DNA of 64,000 nucleotides, taken from the NCBI GenBank assembly GCA_963733675.1, contig CAVTET010000006.1, positions 64,001 to 128,000 of the forward strand, given 5' to 3'. The stretch's first letter is position 1; each line of letters begins with the position of its first letter. The notes beneath the pieces are model-generated. The model was not told the DNA's origin. It saw nothing but the letters and a program-made list of their open reading frames with translations, and did not search any database. A program made the position numbers and the translations under genes. This DNA is from an uncultured Methanosarcinaceae archaeon. Lineage in GTDB: Archaea; Halobacteriota; Methanosarcinia; Methanosarcinales; Methanosarcinaceae. Of the stretch, positions 22,699 through 34,023 are shown piece by piece.

Positions 22699-24063
22699 AT
22701 GAAAATCAAATCCATTAATCCTTATACTGAAGAAGTAGTAATGGATATATGATTCGTTTTCTATTAAGGAATGTAGGAACCATATTGAAAAATCTCGGGC
22801 TATGTTTTCAGGATGGTGTTCGTTGTCTGCCGAGGGACTGGCAAAATATTTTTTAAATGTTGGTGGAGTGCTCAGGCTGAATGTCGATAATTATGCTAAG
22901 ATTATTACGACGGAAATGGGAAAACCTATCAGACAGTCGAGAAACGAAGTTCAAAAATGTGCTTGGCTCTGTGACTATTACGCAGAAAATGCGGCTAGAT
23001 TATTGAAAGATGAGCTTGTAGATATCGGTGTTGAGAAAAGCTATGTGACTTTTGAACCTGTTGGAGTTATTTTCGGAATCATGCCCTGGAATTTCCCATT
23101 TTGGCAGGTTTTCAGGTTTGCAGTACCTGCAATGTGTGTAGGAAATGTCTGTGTGGTCAAGCATGCTTCAAATGTACCAAGGTCAGCTTTAGAGATTGAG
23201 AAGGTTTTCTGGAGGCTGGATTCCAGAAACACATTTTCAAGACTCTGTTAATTGACTTAAAAACTGCCATGCGAATTATTGCAGAAGATCGAGTGAATGG
23301 TGTATCGCTTACTGGCAGCATAACTGCGGGCTTGGAAATAGGGAGACTTGTGGGAGGAATTATCAAACCTCTGGTACTGGAATTGGGAGGATCTGGTCCT
23401 TTCATAGTGCTTGAAGATGCTGATATCGAGAGGGCTGCGCAGGTTGCTATGGAGTCCCGTTTTATCAATACCGGACAGAGCTGTATTGCTGCCAAGAGAT
23501 TTATTGTTGTGGAAGACGTTGTAGTTGATTTTATCGAAGCATTTAAACTCAATATCCAAAAACTGAAAATTGGGGGTCCTATGGATGAGGAAACAGATAT
23601 AGGACCTCTGGCAAAAAAGGAATTTGTTCACAGTCTTGAAAAGGTTCTGAAAGACGCGAGAAAGAAAGGAGCAGAACCCCAAACTTACGGGAAGAAATGT
23701 GGAAAAGGCTTTTTCTTCAATCCTACTATTATTCCTGCAGCTAGTACAGATATGAAAGCATGCAATCTTGAGGTTTTTGGGCCTATTGCACCGGTTATCA
23801 TTGCAAAGGACGAAGAGGAAGCAGTGATAATTGCTAACTCAACAGAGTTTGGGCTCGGGGCTGAGATCTGGTCTGGAGACCTTGATAGAGCTGAAAGGGT
23901 AGCAAAACGGATTCAGTCAGGATTTGTAGCTATAAATGGTATGGTTAAATCTGATCCCAGACTGCCTTTTGGCGGGGTCAAGAAGTCGGGAATTTGGAGG
24001 GAGCTTTCCCACTATGGGCTCAAGGAATTTGTGAATATAAAAACTGTCGTGGTTAACAAATGA
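22699..24063 (+). pseudogene. NAD(P)-dependent aldehyde (succinate-semialdehyde-type) dehydrogenase, frameshifted
   Basis: MKIKSINPYTEE start, IMPWNFPFWQ, SLTGS, LELGGS, NTGQSCIAAKR, EVFGP, PFGGVKKSG. Split by frameshifts near 22740 and 23210-23230. Confidence 0.88.
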
Positions 24064-24087
24064 AGGGGTTCTGAATAGCCTTACTAA

Positions 24088-24268
24088 CTAAGGATCATGT
24101 TCCGCATCCCGTATCCATTCATAATTTCGGGCTGGTTAACAGTGATTTTATGAGGTAAATAGTCTCCTGATGTAAAGATCAGTAATAAGGAACAACATCG
24201 GATATCTGAGCATCGTAATCTTCTGGATGATGGAGAGTCGAATTTTTTGTAGGTTGTACAGGAATCAT
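24088..24268 (-). pseudogene. 5' fragment of a class I SAM-dependent methyltransferase
   Basis: ..PEDYDAQISDVVPYY*SLHQETI...*MDTGCGT*SL, with the SAM motif I and several stops. Confidence 0.6.
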
Positions 24269-24304
24269 AACAATAGATCCTTTGAATTCTAAGATAAGTA
24301 AAGT

Positions 24305-24453
24305 GGTTCCGTTGCAAAAAATCTGGCTATTTTACAAAACAAGTAAGAAACATCACAAATAAGATATTTATATGCCATAAACAGGTCAATAATGATACAA
24401 AAAGTAATAGTTATAACCTAAAAAGGCAGTAAAATTATTTTTGCAACAGTACC
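24305..24453 (+). mobile_element. 149-bp IS6-type MITE, copy 2 (inverted relative to copy 1)
   Basis: GGTTCCGTTGCAAAAAATCTGG...TTTTTGCAACAGTACC. 146 of 149 positions identical to copy 1. Confidence 0.9.
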
Positions 24454-24520
24454 AGTTAAGGTTCTAGTTTCGTTATCAAAGGAGTGAGCACTAAGTAGTC
24501 GTAAAAGATGTGGATCACGG
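24454..24520 (+). pseudogene. short remnant of the mannose-6-phosphate isomerase type II (ManC C-terminal cupin) domain
   Basis: Nucleotide similarity to 36815-36875. Reads ..YQRSEH*VVVK. Confidence 0.55.
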
Positions 24521-24578
24521 AGATTTTTTATACATTATAAAGTATATGTTCCCGTTGAATTAGGATTATAATGAATTA

Positions 24579-24690
24579 AGGATTTACACATTTGAACTGA
24601 AAAACGATAGCTTTAAACCATTAAATGTCTAGAATGTAAATTTAAACCAGATGTTTTCTGGATTTGATTTTACTCAAGTGTGTAAATCCT
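24579..24690. mobile_element. 112-bp MITE, family B
   Basis: AGGATTTACACATTTGA...TCAAGTGTGTAAATCCT (16/17 inverted match). Shares TTGAACTGAAAAAC with 11050. Confidence 0.7.
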
Positions 24691-24720
24691 AAGGATCTTT
24701 TAATATAATGGAGCAAAAAG

Positions 24721-25776
24721 ATGCTTAAAGTTGCATTGATCACCGGAATTACAGGTCAGGATGGGGCCTACTTAGCTGAATTTCTTCTTAACAAGGGCTA
24801 TACTGTACATGGTATAAAGCGGAGATCTTCTTCATTTAATACTGCAAGGATCGATCATTTTTATAAAGACCCTCATGAAAGAAACGTAAATTTTTTCATG
24901 CATTATGGCGATCTTACAGATTCTACTAATCTTATCCGCATAATACAGGAAACCCAGCCAGATGAAATTTACAATCTGGCAGCTCAGAGTCATGTCCAAG
25001 TATCTTTCGAAACCCCGGAATATACGGCAAATTCCGATGGGCTGGGAACACTGCGTCTTCTAGAAGCTATTCGAATTCTGGGCCTTGAGAAAAAAACAAA
25101 ATTCTACCAGGCTTCAACCAGTGAACTTTATGGGCAGGTTCAGGAAATTCCCCAGACAGAAACAACTCCTTTTTATCCTAGAAGCCCTTACGCAGTAGCT
25201 AAATTGTACGCATACTGGATTACAGTCAACTACCGGGAAGCTTATGATATTTTTGCATGTAATGGTATTTTATTCAACCACGAATCTCCTATTCGGGGGG
25301 AAACGTTCGTTACCAGAAAAATTACAATGGCAGCCACAAAAATAGAGCATGGACTGCAGGAGAAACTTTATCTTGGAAATCTTGATGCAAAAAGAGATTG
25401 GGGATATGCAAAAGACTATGTGGAAGCAATCTGGTCGATTCTCCAGCAGGAATATCCCGAAGACTACATAATTGCGACAGGAGAAACTCACTCGGTAAGG
25501 GAGTTTACTGAATTAGCATTTAAGGAAGTAGGGATCAAAATTTTGTGGAAAGGCAAAGATAGCGAAGAAGTCGGAATCGATTCCAGTACAGGCAAAACCC
25601 TGGTAGAAATCGATCCCAGATACTACCGGCCTACAGAAGTAGATTTACTGATGGGAGATCCCTCAAAAGCAAAGGAAAAACTTGGATGGAAGCCTAAAGT
25701 AAAATTTGAAGAGCTGGTGAAAATTATGATAAAAGCCGATGAAAAAACTGTAAAGCAAAATCACTCTTTTGAATAA
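24721..25776 (+). CDS. gmd: GDP-mannose 4,6-dehydratase
   Basis: [58 protein letters not shown]. Confidence 0.97.
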   Translation: MLKVALITGITGQDGAYLAEFLLNKGYTVHGIKRRSSSFNTARIDHFYKDPHERNVNFFMHYGDLTDSTNLIRIIQETQPDEIYNLAAQSHVQVSFETPEYTANSDGLGTLRLLEAIRILGLEKKTKFYQASTSELYGQVQEIPQTETTPFYPRSPYAVAKLYAYWITVNYREAYDIFACNGILFNHESPIRGETFVTRKITMAATKIEHGLQEKLYLGNLDAKRDWGYAKDYVEAIWSILQQEYPEDYIIATGETHSVREFTELAFKEVGIKILWKGKDSEEVGIDSSTGKTLVEIDPRYYRPTEVDLLMGDPSKAKEKLGWKPKVKFEELVKIMIKADEKTVKQNHSFE

Positions 25777-25782
25777 GGAGAG

Positions 25783-26757
25783 GTGAAGATTATGGGTAAA
25801 AAGTCAAAGATTTACTTAGCTGGCCACAAAGGCCTTGTAGGTTCAGCCCTTAAAAGAAAACTTGAGTCAAAAGGCTACTCTAATCTTATCTTCCGTACCC
25901 ATAGAGAGCTTGACCTGACAAATCAACAGGCAGTCAATGAATTTTTCGGACTGGAAAAGCCGGAGTATGTTTTATTAGCCGCCGCAAAAGTCGGTGGAAT
26001 TCTTGCCAATAATACCTACCCTGCCGAATTCATCTATGAAAATATTATGATCGAAGCAAACATCATCCATGCTTCGTATATATACGGTGTAAAAAAATTA
26101 CTTTTTCTGGGTTCTTCCTGCATTTACCCTAAACTTGCTTCCCAGCCCTTAAGAGAAGAATACCTATTAAGCGGTCCCCTCGAAGAAACAAATGAAGCCT
26201 ATGCAGTAGCAAAAATCGCAGGGATCAGGCTCTGCAAACATTACAACCAGCAATATGGGACTAACTTCATCTCGGTAATGCCGACCAATCTTTATGGGCC
26301 GAATGATAATTTTGACCTTGAGACTTCGCATGTAATGCCTGCACTGATCAGGAAGTTTCATGAAGCGAAGGTGAAGAATGAGCCTGAAGTTGTAATATGG
26401 GGTACCGGAAAACCATTTCGGGAGTTTCTTCATGTCGATGATATGGCTGAAGCATGTGTTTATTTGATGAAAAACTTTAATGCGGACGATATCGGAGAAT
26501 TTGTTAATATCGGGGTAGGTGAAGATATTACGATAGGTGAATTAGCTGAATTAATCAAAGAGATTGTCGGGTTTGAAGGTGAAATTAGAAAAGATCTTTC
26601 AAAACCTGATGGTACCCCACAGAAACTGCTTGATATTACAAAATTGAGTTCACTTGGATGGAAAGCTAAAACCTCATTGAAAGATGGAATTGAGCAAACT
26701 TATGAGTGGTACCAGAGTAAATCAAATAAAAACTTGAGAAAAATAAGTGACTTATGA
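25783..26757 (+). CDS. fcl: GDP-L-fucose synthase
   Basis: [57 protein letters not shown]. Confidence 0.96.
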   Translation: MKIMGKKSKIYLAGHKGLVGSALKRKLESKGYSNLIFRTHRELDLTNQQAVNEFFGLEKPEYVLLAAAKVGGILANNTYPAEFIYENIMIEANIIHASYIYGVKKLLFLGSSCIYPKLASQPLREEYLLSGPLEETNEAYAVAKIAGIRLCKHYNQQYGTNFISVMPTNLYGPNDNFDLETSHVMPALIRKFHEAKVKNEPEVVIWGTGKPFREFLHVDDMAEACVYLMKNFNADDIGEFVNIGVGEDITIGELAELIKEIVGFEGEIRKDLSKPDGTPQKLLDITKLSSLGWKAKTSLKDGIEQTYEWYQSKSNKNLRKISDL

Positions 26758-26812
26758 GAAAAGTACTCTCTGGCTAATGGAACAGAATGAACCAACAACT
26801 CAAAATAGGTAA

Positions 26813-27661
26813 ATGTGTTCTCTTATGACTGAGCATGCAACTGATTACAAATTGATCATCCGGCCTAAATATGGACCTCTGGATCTTAACTGGCAGGAAC
26901 TCAAGGAGTATAGAGAGCTTCTTTTCTTCCTTGCCCTGAGAGAAATCAAGATCAGGTATAAGCAGACTATTATGGGTGCATCCTGGGCGTTGTTGCAGCC
27001 TTCTTTTACGATGATAATCTTCACGCTCATCTTTAGCCGGCTTGCGCTGATGCCCTCAGATGGAATACCCTATCCAATTTTTTCTTACTCAGGACTTCTG
27101 CTCTGGACATATTTTTCAAATGCACTTTCTCAGTCAAGCAACAGCCTTGTTGACAATGCGTCCCTTCTTTCAAAGGTCTATATGCCAAGAATATTTCTCC
27201 CGACTGCACCATGTCTCTCAGGTCTCCTTGATTATGGAATTGCCATGAGCATTCTTGTAATAATGATGGCTTATTACCGATTTGTGCCTGGAATTTCAAT
27301 ACTCCTGTTGCCGTTCATCATACTCTTGACATTCATGCTTGCAGCAGGAGTTGGTTACTGGCTCTCATCCATCTGTGTGAAATACAGGGATGTGAAATTT
27401 ATTCTGCCGTTTTTTATTCAATTGCTGCTGTTTGTGTCACCGGTAATCTACCCTGTAACTATTGTGGGTGAGAACCTGAAGTGGTTACTCTACCTGAACC
27501 CTATGACAGGTTTGATAGGCGCTCATCGTGCATGTCTGCTCGGACATATTCCAGTGGATTTTGTCGGCTTTGGAATTTCTGCAGTGCTGACGATATTAAT
27601 CTTTTTGAGTGGCATACTCTACCTCAAACATACAGAGAAGTACTTTGCGGATTTGATTTAA
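26813..27661 (+). CDS. wzm: polysaccharide ABC exporter, permease
   Basis: REIKIRYKQT..G..WALLQP, KVYMPR, YRDV, SPVIYP, LNPMTGLI. Multiple TM segments. Confidence 0.92.
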   Translation: MCSLMTEHATDYKLIIRPKYGPLDLNWQELKEYRELLFFLALREIKIRYKQTIMGASWALLQPSFTMIIFTLIFSRLALMPSDGIPYPIFSYSGLLLWTYFSNALSQSSNSLVDNASLLSKVYMPRIFLPTAPCLSGLLDYGIAMSILVIMMAYYRFVPGISILLLPFIILLTFMLAAGVGYWLSSICVKYRDVKFILPFFIQLLLFVSPVIYPVTIVGENLKWLLYLNPMTGLIGAHRACLLGHIPVDFVGFGISAVLTILIFLSGILYLKHTEKYFADLI

Positions 27662-28896
27662 TGACGGCGTCAAAAAAAAGAGAACCGATAATCGAAGTAA
27701 AACACCTCTCCAAAAAATACGATATCGGGGTGGACACGGCGTACAGGACTCTCTCAGAAAGCGTTACTTCTGCTGTGAGGCACCCAATAAAGACGTTGAA
27801 AGACTTTCACAAGAAAAATGAGACTTTTTGGGCTCTCAAGGACGTAAATTTCGAGGTCAAGCAAGGAGAGGCTCTTGGTATTATCGGCAAAAATGGCGCA
27901 GGGAAGAGTACACTTCTTAAAGTACTCTCACGGATCACCCACCCTACGGAGGGGGAGGTCATAATGCGCGGCAGGGTGGGAAGCCTTCTTGAAGTAGGAA
28001 CTGGTTTCCACCCTGAGCTTTCTGGCAGAGAGAATATCTATTTCAATGGTGCCATTCTTGGGATGAAGAAGAAGGAAATCGACGAAAAGTTTGATGAGAT
28101 CGTGAAGTTCTCAGGCGTCGAAAAATTCCTGGACACACCAGTTAAACGGTATTCGAGTGGGATGCAGGTTCGGCTTGCATTCTCCGTGGCTGCCCATTTG
28201 GACCCTGAGATTCTTGTAGTGGATGAGGTACTTGCTGTGGGTGACGCGGTATTTCAGAAGAAGTGTCTAGGGAAGATGAATGAGGTGGCTGAAAGAGGGC
28301 GGACAGTGTTGTTTGTAAGTCATAATATGGGAGCCATAAGCGAACTATGTGATACAGGGATATTGTTAGAAGAAGGGAAAGTCATTGTAAATGATTCGAT
28401 AGAAAAGACATTGAGCTACTATAGTGGTTTCAATAAATTAACTTCGCTTCATTATGCTTCTTCAGAAAAATCAAATAAACCATATTTCAAAGAAATTACA
28501 ATTATACAAGCTGATAATACTAGTACTAATGTATTAGATATTGATAAAGCAATATCTATAAAGTTTGATATAGAAACGTATGGAAAAAAAGAGTTAGTAG
28601 TTAGTATTGTTATACGCAATAAATTAGATATTTGTGTTCATCATTCAAGTGATGAGTTTAATAATCTAAAATCGGATCTCAATTCATCACTGCGTATTTG
28701 TGAAATACCCTCCTATGCTTTATCAGATGGAATATATTATTTAGATGTTTACATTGCTCAACGTAATTATGAATTATTCCAAGAAATATCAAATGTATTA
28801 GCTTTTGAAGTCCAATTTTGTGGTATTGTATCAGATCGTACAACTTCAGAACAATGGAAAGGAATATGTGGGCCAGGATTGCTAAAATGGGTTTAA
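27661..28896 (+). CDS. wzt: polysaccharide ABC exporter ATPase with C-terminal Wzt extension
   Basis: GKNGAGKST, YSSGMQVRLAF, VVDEVLAVGD, VSH, followed by a beta-rich C-terminal domain. ATG overlaps the wzm stop. Confidence 0.93.
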   Translation: MTASKKREPIIEVKHLSKKYDIGVDTAYRTLSESVTSAVRHPIKTLKDFHKKNETFWALKDVNFEVKQGEALGIIGKNGAGKSTLLKVLSRITHPTEGEVIMRGRVGSLLEVGTGFHPELSGRENIYFNGAILGMKKKEIDEKFDEIVKFSGVEKFLDTPVKRYSSGMQVRLAFSVAAHLDPEILVVDEVLAVGDAVFQKKCLGKMNEVAERGRTVLFVSHNMGAISELCDTGILLEEGKVIVNDSIEKTLSYYSGFNKLTSLHYASSEKSNKPYFKEITIIQADNTSTNVLDIDKAISIKFDIETYGKKELVVSIVIRNKLDICVHHSSDEFNNLKSDLNSSLRICEIPSYALSDGIYYLDVYIAQRNYELFQEISNVLAFEVQFCGIVSDRTTSEQWKGICGPGLLKWV

Positions 28897-29438
28897 AAAT
28901 TATATTTATTCAAATTATCTGGATTCTTTCTGAAATCGAGTCTTTATTTTCGATACCGAATGATTTTTTATTTTTTAGAAAAATATACCTCCGATTGATG
29001 AAAGTAAAATTTGGAAAAGAAATATGGGTAGGAAAAGGTCTAAGTCTATTATATCCAGGTAATTTGAGATTAGGTGAAAGATGTGCTTTGGGAGAATTTG
29101 TACGAATAGAAAATCATTCATTAATTCAAATCGGCAATGATTTTATAGCGGCTCCAGGTTTACATCTAAATTCTGGAAGTCATGATCCTACAACAATGGA
29201 ACCAAAATGTTTACCAATAAAAATAGGTAATAGAGTATGGTGCGGTGTAGAGGTTACAATTTTGGCTGGTATAACAATAGGAGATGATGTGGCAATTGCC
29301 GCAGGAAGTGTTGTTGTTAATGATATTCCTTCTAATTCCATTGCTGCAGGGGTGCCAGCAAGGGTAATTAATACATTAAAACGAGAAGAAAAATTATGGA
29401 CGTGGGTTAAATCGATTAAGAGAAGTTGTGATTATTAG
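28887..29438 (+). CDS. hexapeptide-repeat O-acetyltransferase
   Basis: PIKIGNRVWCG, ILAGITIGD, AAGSVVVNDIP, AGVPARVI. Confidence 0.87.
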   Translation: MGLKIIFIQIIWILSEIESLFSIPNDFLFFRKIYLRLMKVKFGKEIWVGKGLSLLYPGNLRLGERCALGEFVRIENHSLIQIGNDFIAAPGLHLNSGSHDPTTMEPKCLPIKIGNRVWCGVEVTILAGITIGDDVAIAAGSVVVNDIPSNSIAAGVPARVINTLKREEKLWTWVKSIKRSCDY

Positions 29439-29628
29439 CTCTCTAGTAGGGAATACTGGCACAGCTTTATAAAAAATATGGAGTTTGGCAACTATCAATT
29501 ATTGTGAAAAAAACGTTAAAACGGATACACATAATAAATTGTATGCAATAACATGTGCTTCCTTATAAATATTTGAATCAAAGTTTAAATTTATCATTTC
29601 TTTGGAAATTGCGGGAATTTTAGAAATT

Positions 29629-30480
29629 ATGACACAATATCTTAATCTAGGGTGTGGAACTCGCTCCCATCCGTCATGGACAAATATTGATTTCGGATCA
29701 ACAGGTACAGATGTTATTGCTCATGATCTTAAACAAGGAATTCCATTCCAAAATTCTTCATTTGAAGTTGTTTATCACTCTCATCTTCTGGAGCATTTCC
29801 CAAAAACCGCAGCACTTCCATTTTTGTTCGAATGCTATCGTGTTCTAAAATTCGGCGGCATAATAAGGGTAGCTGTACCTGACCTTGAGCGCATTGCAAG
29901 AATATACTTACAAGCAGTGGAAGAGGCTTCAAACGGTGATATTATGTGGAGGCATCATTATGAATGGGTGAAACTTGAAATGTATGACCAAACGGTTCGT
30001 GAGCGATCTGGTGGAGAAATGGTCACATACTTAAATCAGGAAACAATACCAAACAAAGAATTTGTACTGAATCGGATTGGAATTGAAGGAAAGAAAATTC
30101 TCGAAAATGCTGAAAGAATACGGAATAGAGGGCTTCAATTTAAAGAAACTGAAAACAAACTAGTTCCTATTTTGTATACTTTCCTTCAAACTCTGCGAAT
30201 ACATTCAACCCTAAAAGAATTACTTATACGGCTTATACTGGGGAAAGAATACGAAATGTTACAGTTGGGGCGATTTCGTAGTAGTGGAGAAATTCATCTC
30301 TGGATGTATGATCGATATTCACTATCGAAGCTTCTTACAGACGCAGGATTCAAGAATCTACAATTTTTCGGTCCAGCTGAAAGTCATATTGTAGGATGGG
30401 ACAAGTTTAATCTCGACACTGAACTGGATGGGACCATATACAAGCCTGATTCAATATATATGGAAGGAGTTAAGACGTGA
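29629..30480 (+). CDS. class I SAM-dependent methyltransferase (glycan-associated)
   Basis: LNLGCG, WTNID, YHSHLLEH, YRVLKFGG.IRVAVPDL. Confidence 0.85.
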   Translation: MTQYLNLGCGTRSHPSWTNIDFGSTGTDVIAHDLKQGIPFQNSSFEVVYHSHLLEHFPKTAALPFLFECYRVLKFGGIIRVAVPDLERIARIYLQAVEEASNGDIMWRHHYEWVKLEMYDQTVRERSGGEMVTYLNQETIPNKEFVLNRIGIEGKKILENAERIRNRGLQFKETENKLVPILYTFLQTLRIHSTLKELLIRLILGKEYEMLQLGRFRSSGEIHLWMYDRYSLSKLLTDAGFKNLQFFGPAESHIVGWDKFNLDTELDGTIYKPDSIYMEGVKT

Positions 30481-30517
30481 GTTTTTAATTCTATTTTACA
30501 ACTCGCAGGGGAACACT

Positions 30518-31726
30518 ATGAATATACTTCATATAAGTACTACAGATAATCAAGGTGGAGCAGCCAGAGTGGCATACTCCTTAAAAGACACATATACTGA
30601 ATTAGGTCACAATTCACAAATTTTAGTTGGATACAAAACTGGAAACTTTGATGATATTCTGCAAATCCCAAGTACAAAAATAGATAATATGGCTTCTCTC
30701 CTCGCTAATAAATTATCTTTGCAATATATGGGCTATCTTAATACATTTAATATCAAAAAAAGTCGGGTATTTTTAGATTCTGACATAGTCCATTTTCACA
30801 ATATACATGGGAATTATTTTAATTTTCTTGCACTTCCTGGACTAACAAAATCTAAACCATCTGTATGGACACTTCATGACATTTGGGCCATAACAGGGCA
30901 CTGCGCGTTTTCATATGGTTGTGATAGATGGCAGTTAGGTTGTGGGAAGTGCCCGAATACATCATGTTATCCAGTTATAAATAGAGACACATCAAAATTA
31001 TTGTGGTTAATTAAAAAATGGGTTTATAATAGGTCAAATCTTGTGATTGTGACGCCATCAAAATGGCTCAAAAATTTGGTCGAGAATAGTATTTTAGCCA
31101 ATAAGAAAGTCCACCTGGTTTATAATGGAATTGATCATCGTAAATTTCATCCGGCAAATAAATCAATTCTCCGAAAGAAATTCGGTCTACCTGAAGAAAA
31201 ATTAATTTTGATGTTTATCGCTAATGGAGGAATCAATAATCCTCAAAAAGGTGGGAAATATCTTATTGAGTCATTAAAAAACGTTAATTCCAAAGATGTA
31301 TTTTTCTTGAATATTGGTTCATCAGATGAACTTGATAAGATAATACATAAAAAAATTGATTATTTGTCGATTCCATATATTCATGATGAAAATCTATTAC
31401 CTGAATACTATGCAGCTTCAGACTTATTGTTATTTCCTTCAACTCAAGAAAATTGTCCTTTAACTATACTTGAATCAATGGCATGTGGAACTCCTGTTAT
31501 CTCCTACAACACTGGCGGGATTCCCGAATTAGTCGAACATTTAAAGACTGGCTATGTTGCTAAATATATAGACGTTAATGATTTTTCAAAAGGAATAAAT
31601 ACTTTTATAGAAAATAAGTCTCTGAGAGACAAAGCTGGCCAAAGAGCCAGAACGACTGTCGAAAAACATTTTACCAAAGATAAAATGGTGGAATTATACT
31701 TTAATATATATAATGAACTTCTTTAA
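30518..31726 (+). CDS. GT4 glycosyltransferase (WcaC-like)
   Basis: GGAARVAY, HFHNIHG, VWTLHDIW..TGHC, TPSKWL, ENCPLTILESMACGTPV. Confidence 0.9.
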   Translation: MNILHISTTDNQGGAARVAYSLKDTYTELGHNSQILVGYKTGNFDDILQIPSTKIDNMASLLANKLSLQYMGYLNTFNIKKSRVFLDSDIVHFHNIHGNYFNFLALPGLTKSKPSVWTLHDIWAITGHCAFSYGCDRWQLGCGKCPNTSCYPVINRDTSKLLWLIKKWVYNRSNLVIVTPSKWLKNLVENSILANKKVHLVYNGIDHRKFHPANKSILRKKFGLPEEKLILMFIANGGINNPQKGGKYLIESLKNVNSKDVFFLNIGSSDELDKIIHKKIDYLSIPYIHDENLLPEYYAASDLLLFPSTQENCPLTILESMACGTPVISYNTGGIPELVEHLKTGYVAKYIDVNDFSKGINTFIENKSLRDKAGQRARTTVEKHFTKDKMVELYFNIYNELL

Positions 31727-32365
31727 AAATCCTTAATACTAATTTCATAACATTTCTCCAGCCTTAAACCTTTCGACCAACATTAAGGAAATTTCCACTT
31801 TGCTATCTAATACTAGTGTCGCATCAACCAAGACATGGCGTATGAAATAGATTAGAATCACTCAAAAGTTTTATCGATGGGATAAAGAAGTTCTAGCTTA
31901 TTTTAATGGGTTTGGTACTACGAAATTTAGATGAAAGGCAATTTGGGATGTTAATTGGCTTGAAATTGCTAGAAAAGTAGACGCTAAATCTTCAGGAATC
32001 TGCATATACGATCCTCGCAATAATACTGAAAATATATTCATAAGTGGTTAAAGAAAACACAGCCACATGCTTCTAATCAAAGTATAAGATTTATCAAGCT
32101 GTTGTTAAGGTTTTTTGGATGGTAAAACTAATATTTGTTTACACTTAAACCTTCAAAGCTCCTTCCATAATAAGTACACTTTCATTATATTATCTATCGA
32201 TATAGTTGTCCAAGCGATATTTAGGACGATATTAGGAAATATTATAATCCTACTATGTTACTTGTGATGATAGGCAAGTCACTGGCATCTGAGATACTGA
32301 GTATCATTGGAATCAATGTGAAAACAGGAAAAGATAGTGAAAAATCTCAACCTTAAGGTAAGATT

Positions 32366-33112
32366 ATGGATTCGAAAGTTTCAGTAATAACAGTTTGCTA
32401 TAATGCTGAAGAATTTATTGAAAACGCAATTAATAGTGTTTTGAATCAAATATATGAAAATATTGAATATATTATAATTGATGGCGCATCGACGGATAAT
32501 ACAGTGCCAATTATAACTAAATACAAATCCAGGATAGGATTTTTTTTGAGTGAACCGGATAGCGGCATGTATGAAGCAATGAATAAAGGAATAAAAGCTG
32601 CTACTGGTGACATATTATATTTTTTAAATTCAGATGATGTATTTTATGATAAGTATGTTATAGAAAATGTTGTTAAAATGTTTAAGAAAAATATCGATGC
32701 TGATCTTATATATGGTCCTATAATTATTAAAGATCCTATCACAAATGAGTCATTTATGAAACCGCATAATTATATTACAAAATCTTTCTTTATTTATGAT
32801 TGCATCTGTCAGCAAGGTATATTTTATAAGACTGATATTTTTAAAAAATGTGGTCACTTCGACACGACTTATAAAATTGTAGGTGATTATGAATGGATCT
32901 TGAGAGCATTCTATAAGTACAACGTTAAAAGGCAATATTATGGGAACATAATAACGATATTTAGAAATGGAGGTATGTCCAATTCAGATGAATTCTCAAA
33001 TATTCATGATATAGAAAGGCAAAGAGTTATGAAAGATTATTTCAACAAATTTAATATATTTAAATACAATTTTATATTATTTTCTAAAAGGATGCTTCAG
33101 AAGTTCGAATAG
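32366..33112 (+). CDS. GT2 glycosyltransferase (WcaE-like)
   Basis: VSVITVCYN, IIIDGASTD, SEPDSGMYEAMNKG, FLNSDD. Confidence 0.9.
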   Translation: MDSKVSVITVCYNAEEFIENAINSVLNQIYENIEYIIIDGASTDNTVPIITKYKSRIGFFLSEPDSGMYEAMNKGIKAATGDILYFLNSDDVFYDKYVIENVVKMFKKNIDADLIYGPIIIKDPITNESFMKPHNYITKSFFIYDCICQQGIFYKTDIFKKCGHFDTTYKIVGDYEWILRAFYKYNVKRQYYGNIITIFRNGGMSNSDEFSNIHDIERQRVMKDYFNKFNIFKYNFILFSKRMLQKFE

Positions 33113-33170
33113 TATTATAAGAGTTCATTCTAAAACCCAAGATTACTTCCCCAAATTTTGTACAATTAAT

Positions 33171-33383
33171 GAGCTCATCACAAAAGCAATTTTATTCTTA
33201 ATCAAGATAAATTATCAGGATCCTTTTCACGATCATGAACTGGATTGATTATTCAAAATACAAGTCTCAAGAAACAAACTTTGAGTGCTTGGATGAACTC
33301 AATAATTAATCAAGCTTCTGATTCATGAAAAATGGTTCTGAAAATCTTACTTACTGAGAATAAAATGGTTTTGGGATGAGTTT
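33171..33383. mobile_element. ~213-bp MITE with CTCATCCCAAAA-type ends (family C)
   Basis: CTCATCACAAAAGCAATTTTATTCT...AGAATAAAATGGTTTTGGGATGAG imperfect inverted repeat. Confidence 0.65.
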
Positions 33384-34023
33384 ATACAGTAATTGAACAG
33401 TAATCAAAAAAGAAAATTAAAGTGTATATAGCGAATTTTATTGAGAATTGCTACATTACCTTGAGTTACCAATACGATGCACAAAATTCTTAAATCGTTT
33501 AGGTATCTTGCTAGAATTTTAACAAAACTTGAAGTTGATAACCAACTAAAGATAAAATTCAGAAAAGGTAATTATTCAGCATACCAAAAATAGGTTGATT
33601 GATGTCTATTTCGACGTAATAGATGCATCTGATCACGAACAGATGAACGATTCAAAAATGCAATCAATAACCACTAATTAACTACTAATGAAAGAAGATC
33701 AACTCATCGAAATTTGCCAATTGAGCCTTACTAATATTGGCTGTAGATGCTGTTTTATCCCGGTTGGAAGTCACAAAGAATGAATTCTAACACTCCAATT
33801 GGCCTTTATCCTCCTATGGTATCGAGTATTCTAGGTTTCATGTGGACATCTACATATTTTCTAATTCTCTATATATTGTTCTACAATAAGAATCATGAGA
33901 TGCTTAAAGTCATTGTTGAGCGCATAATAGTTACTAAAATATTAATCTAAACGAGTTAAGTAAATTATTTCACATACAAACTCCAGATCCTATAGGCTTA
34001 GAATAAGAATGGTATATAGCATC

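Noticed and set aside
14071-24463. Target-site duplications around the IS6 element, the 149-bp MITEs and the hairpin element
   Set aside because: 8-bp flanks compared directly (and in reverse complement for the 149-bp MITEs) did not match, so none is claimed.
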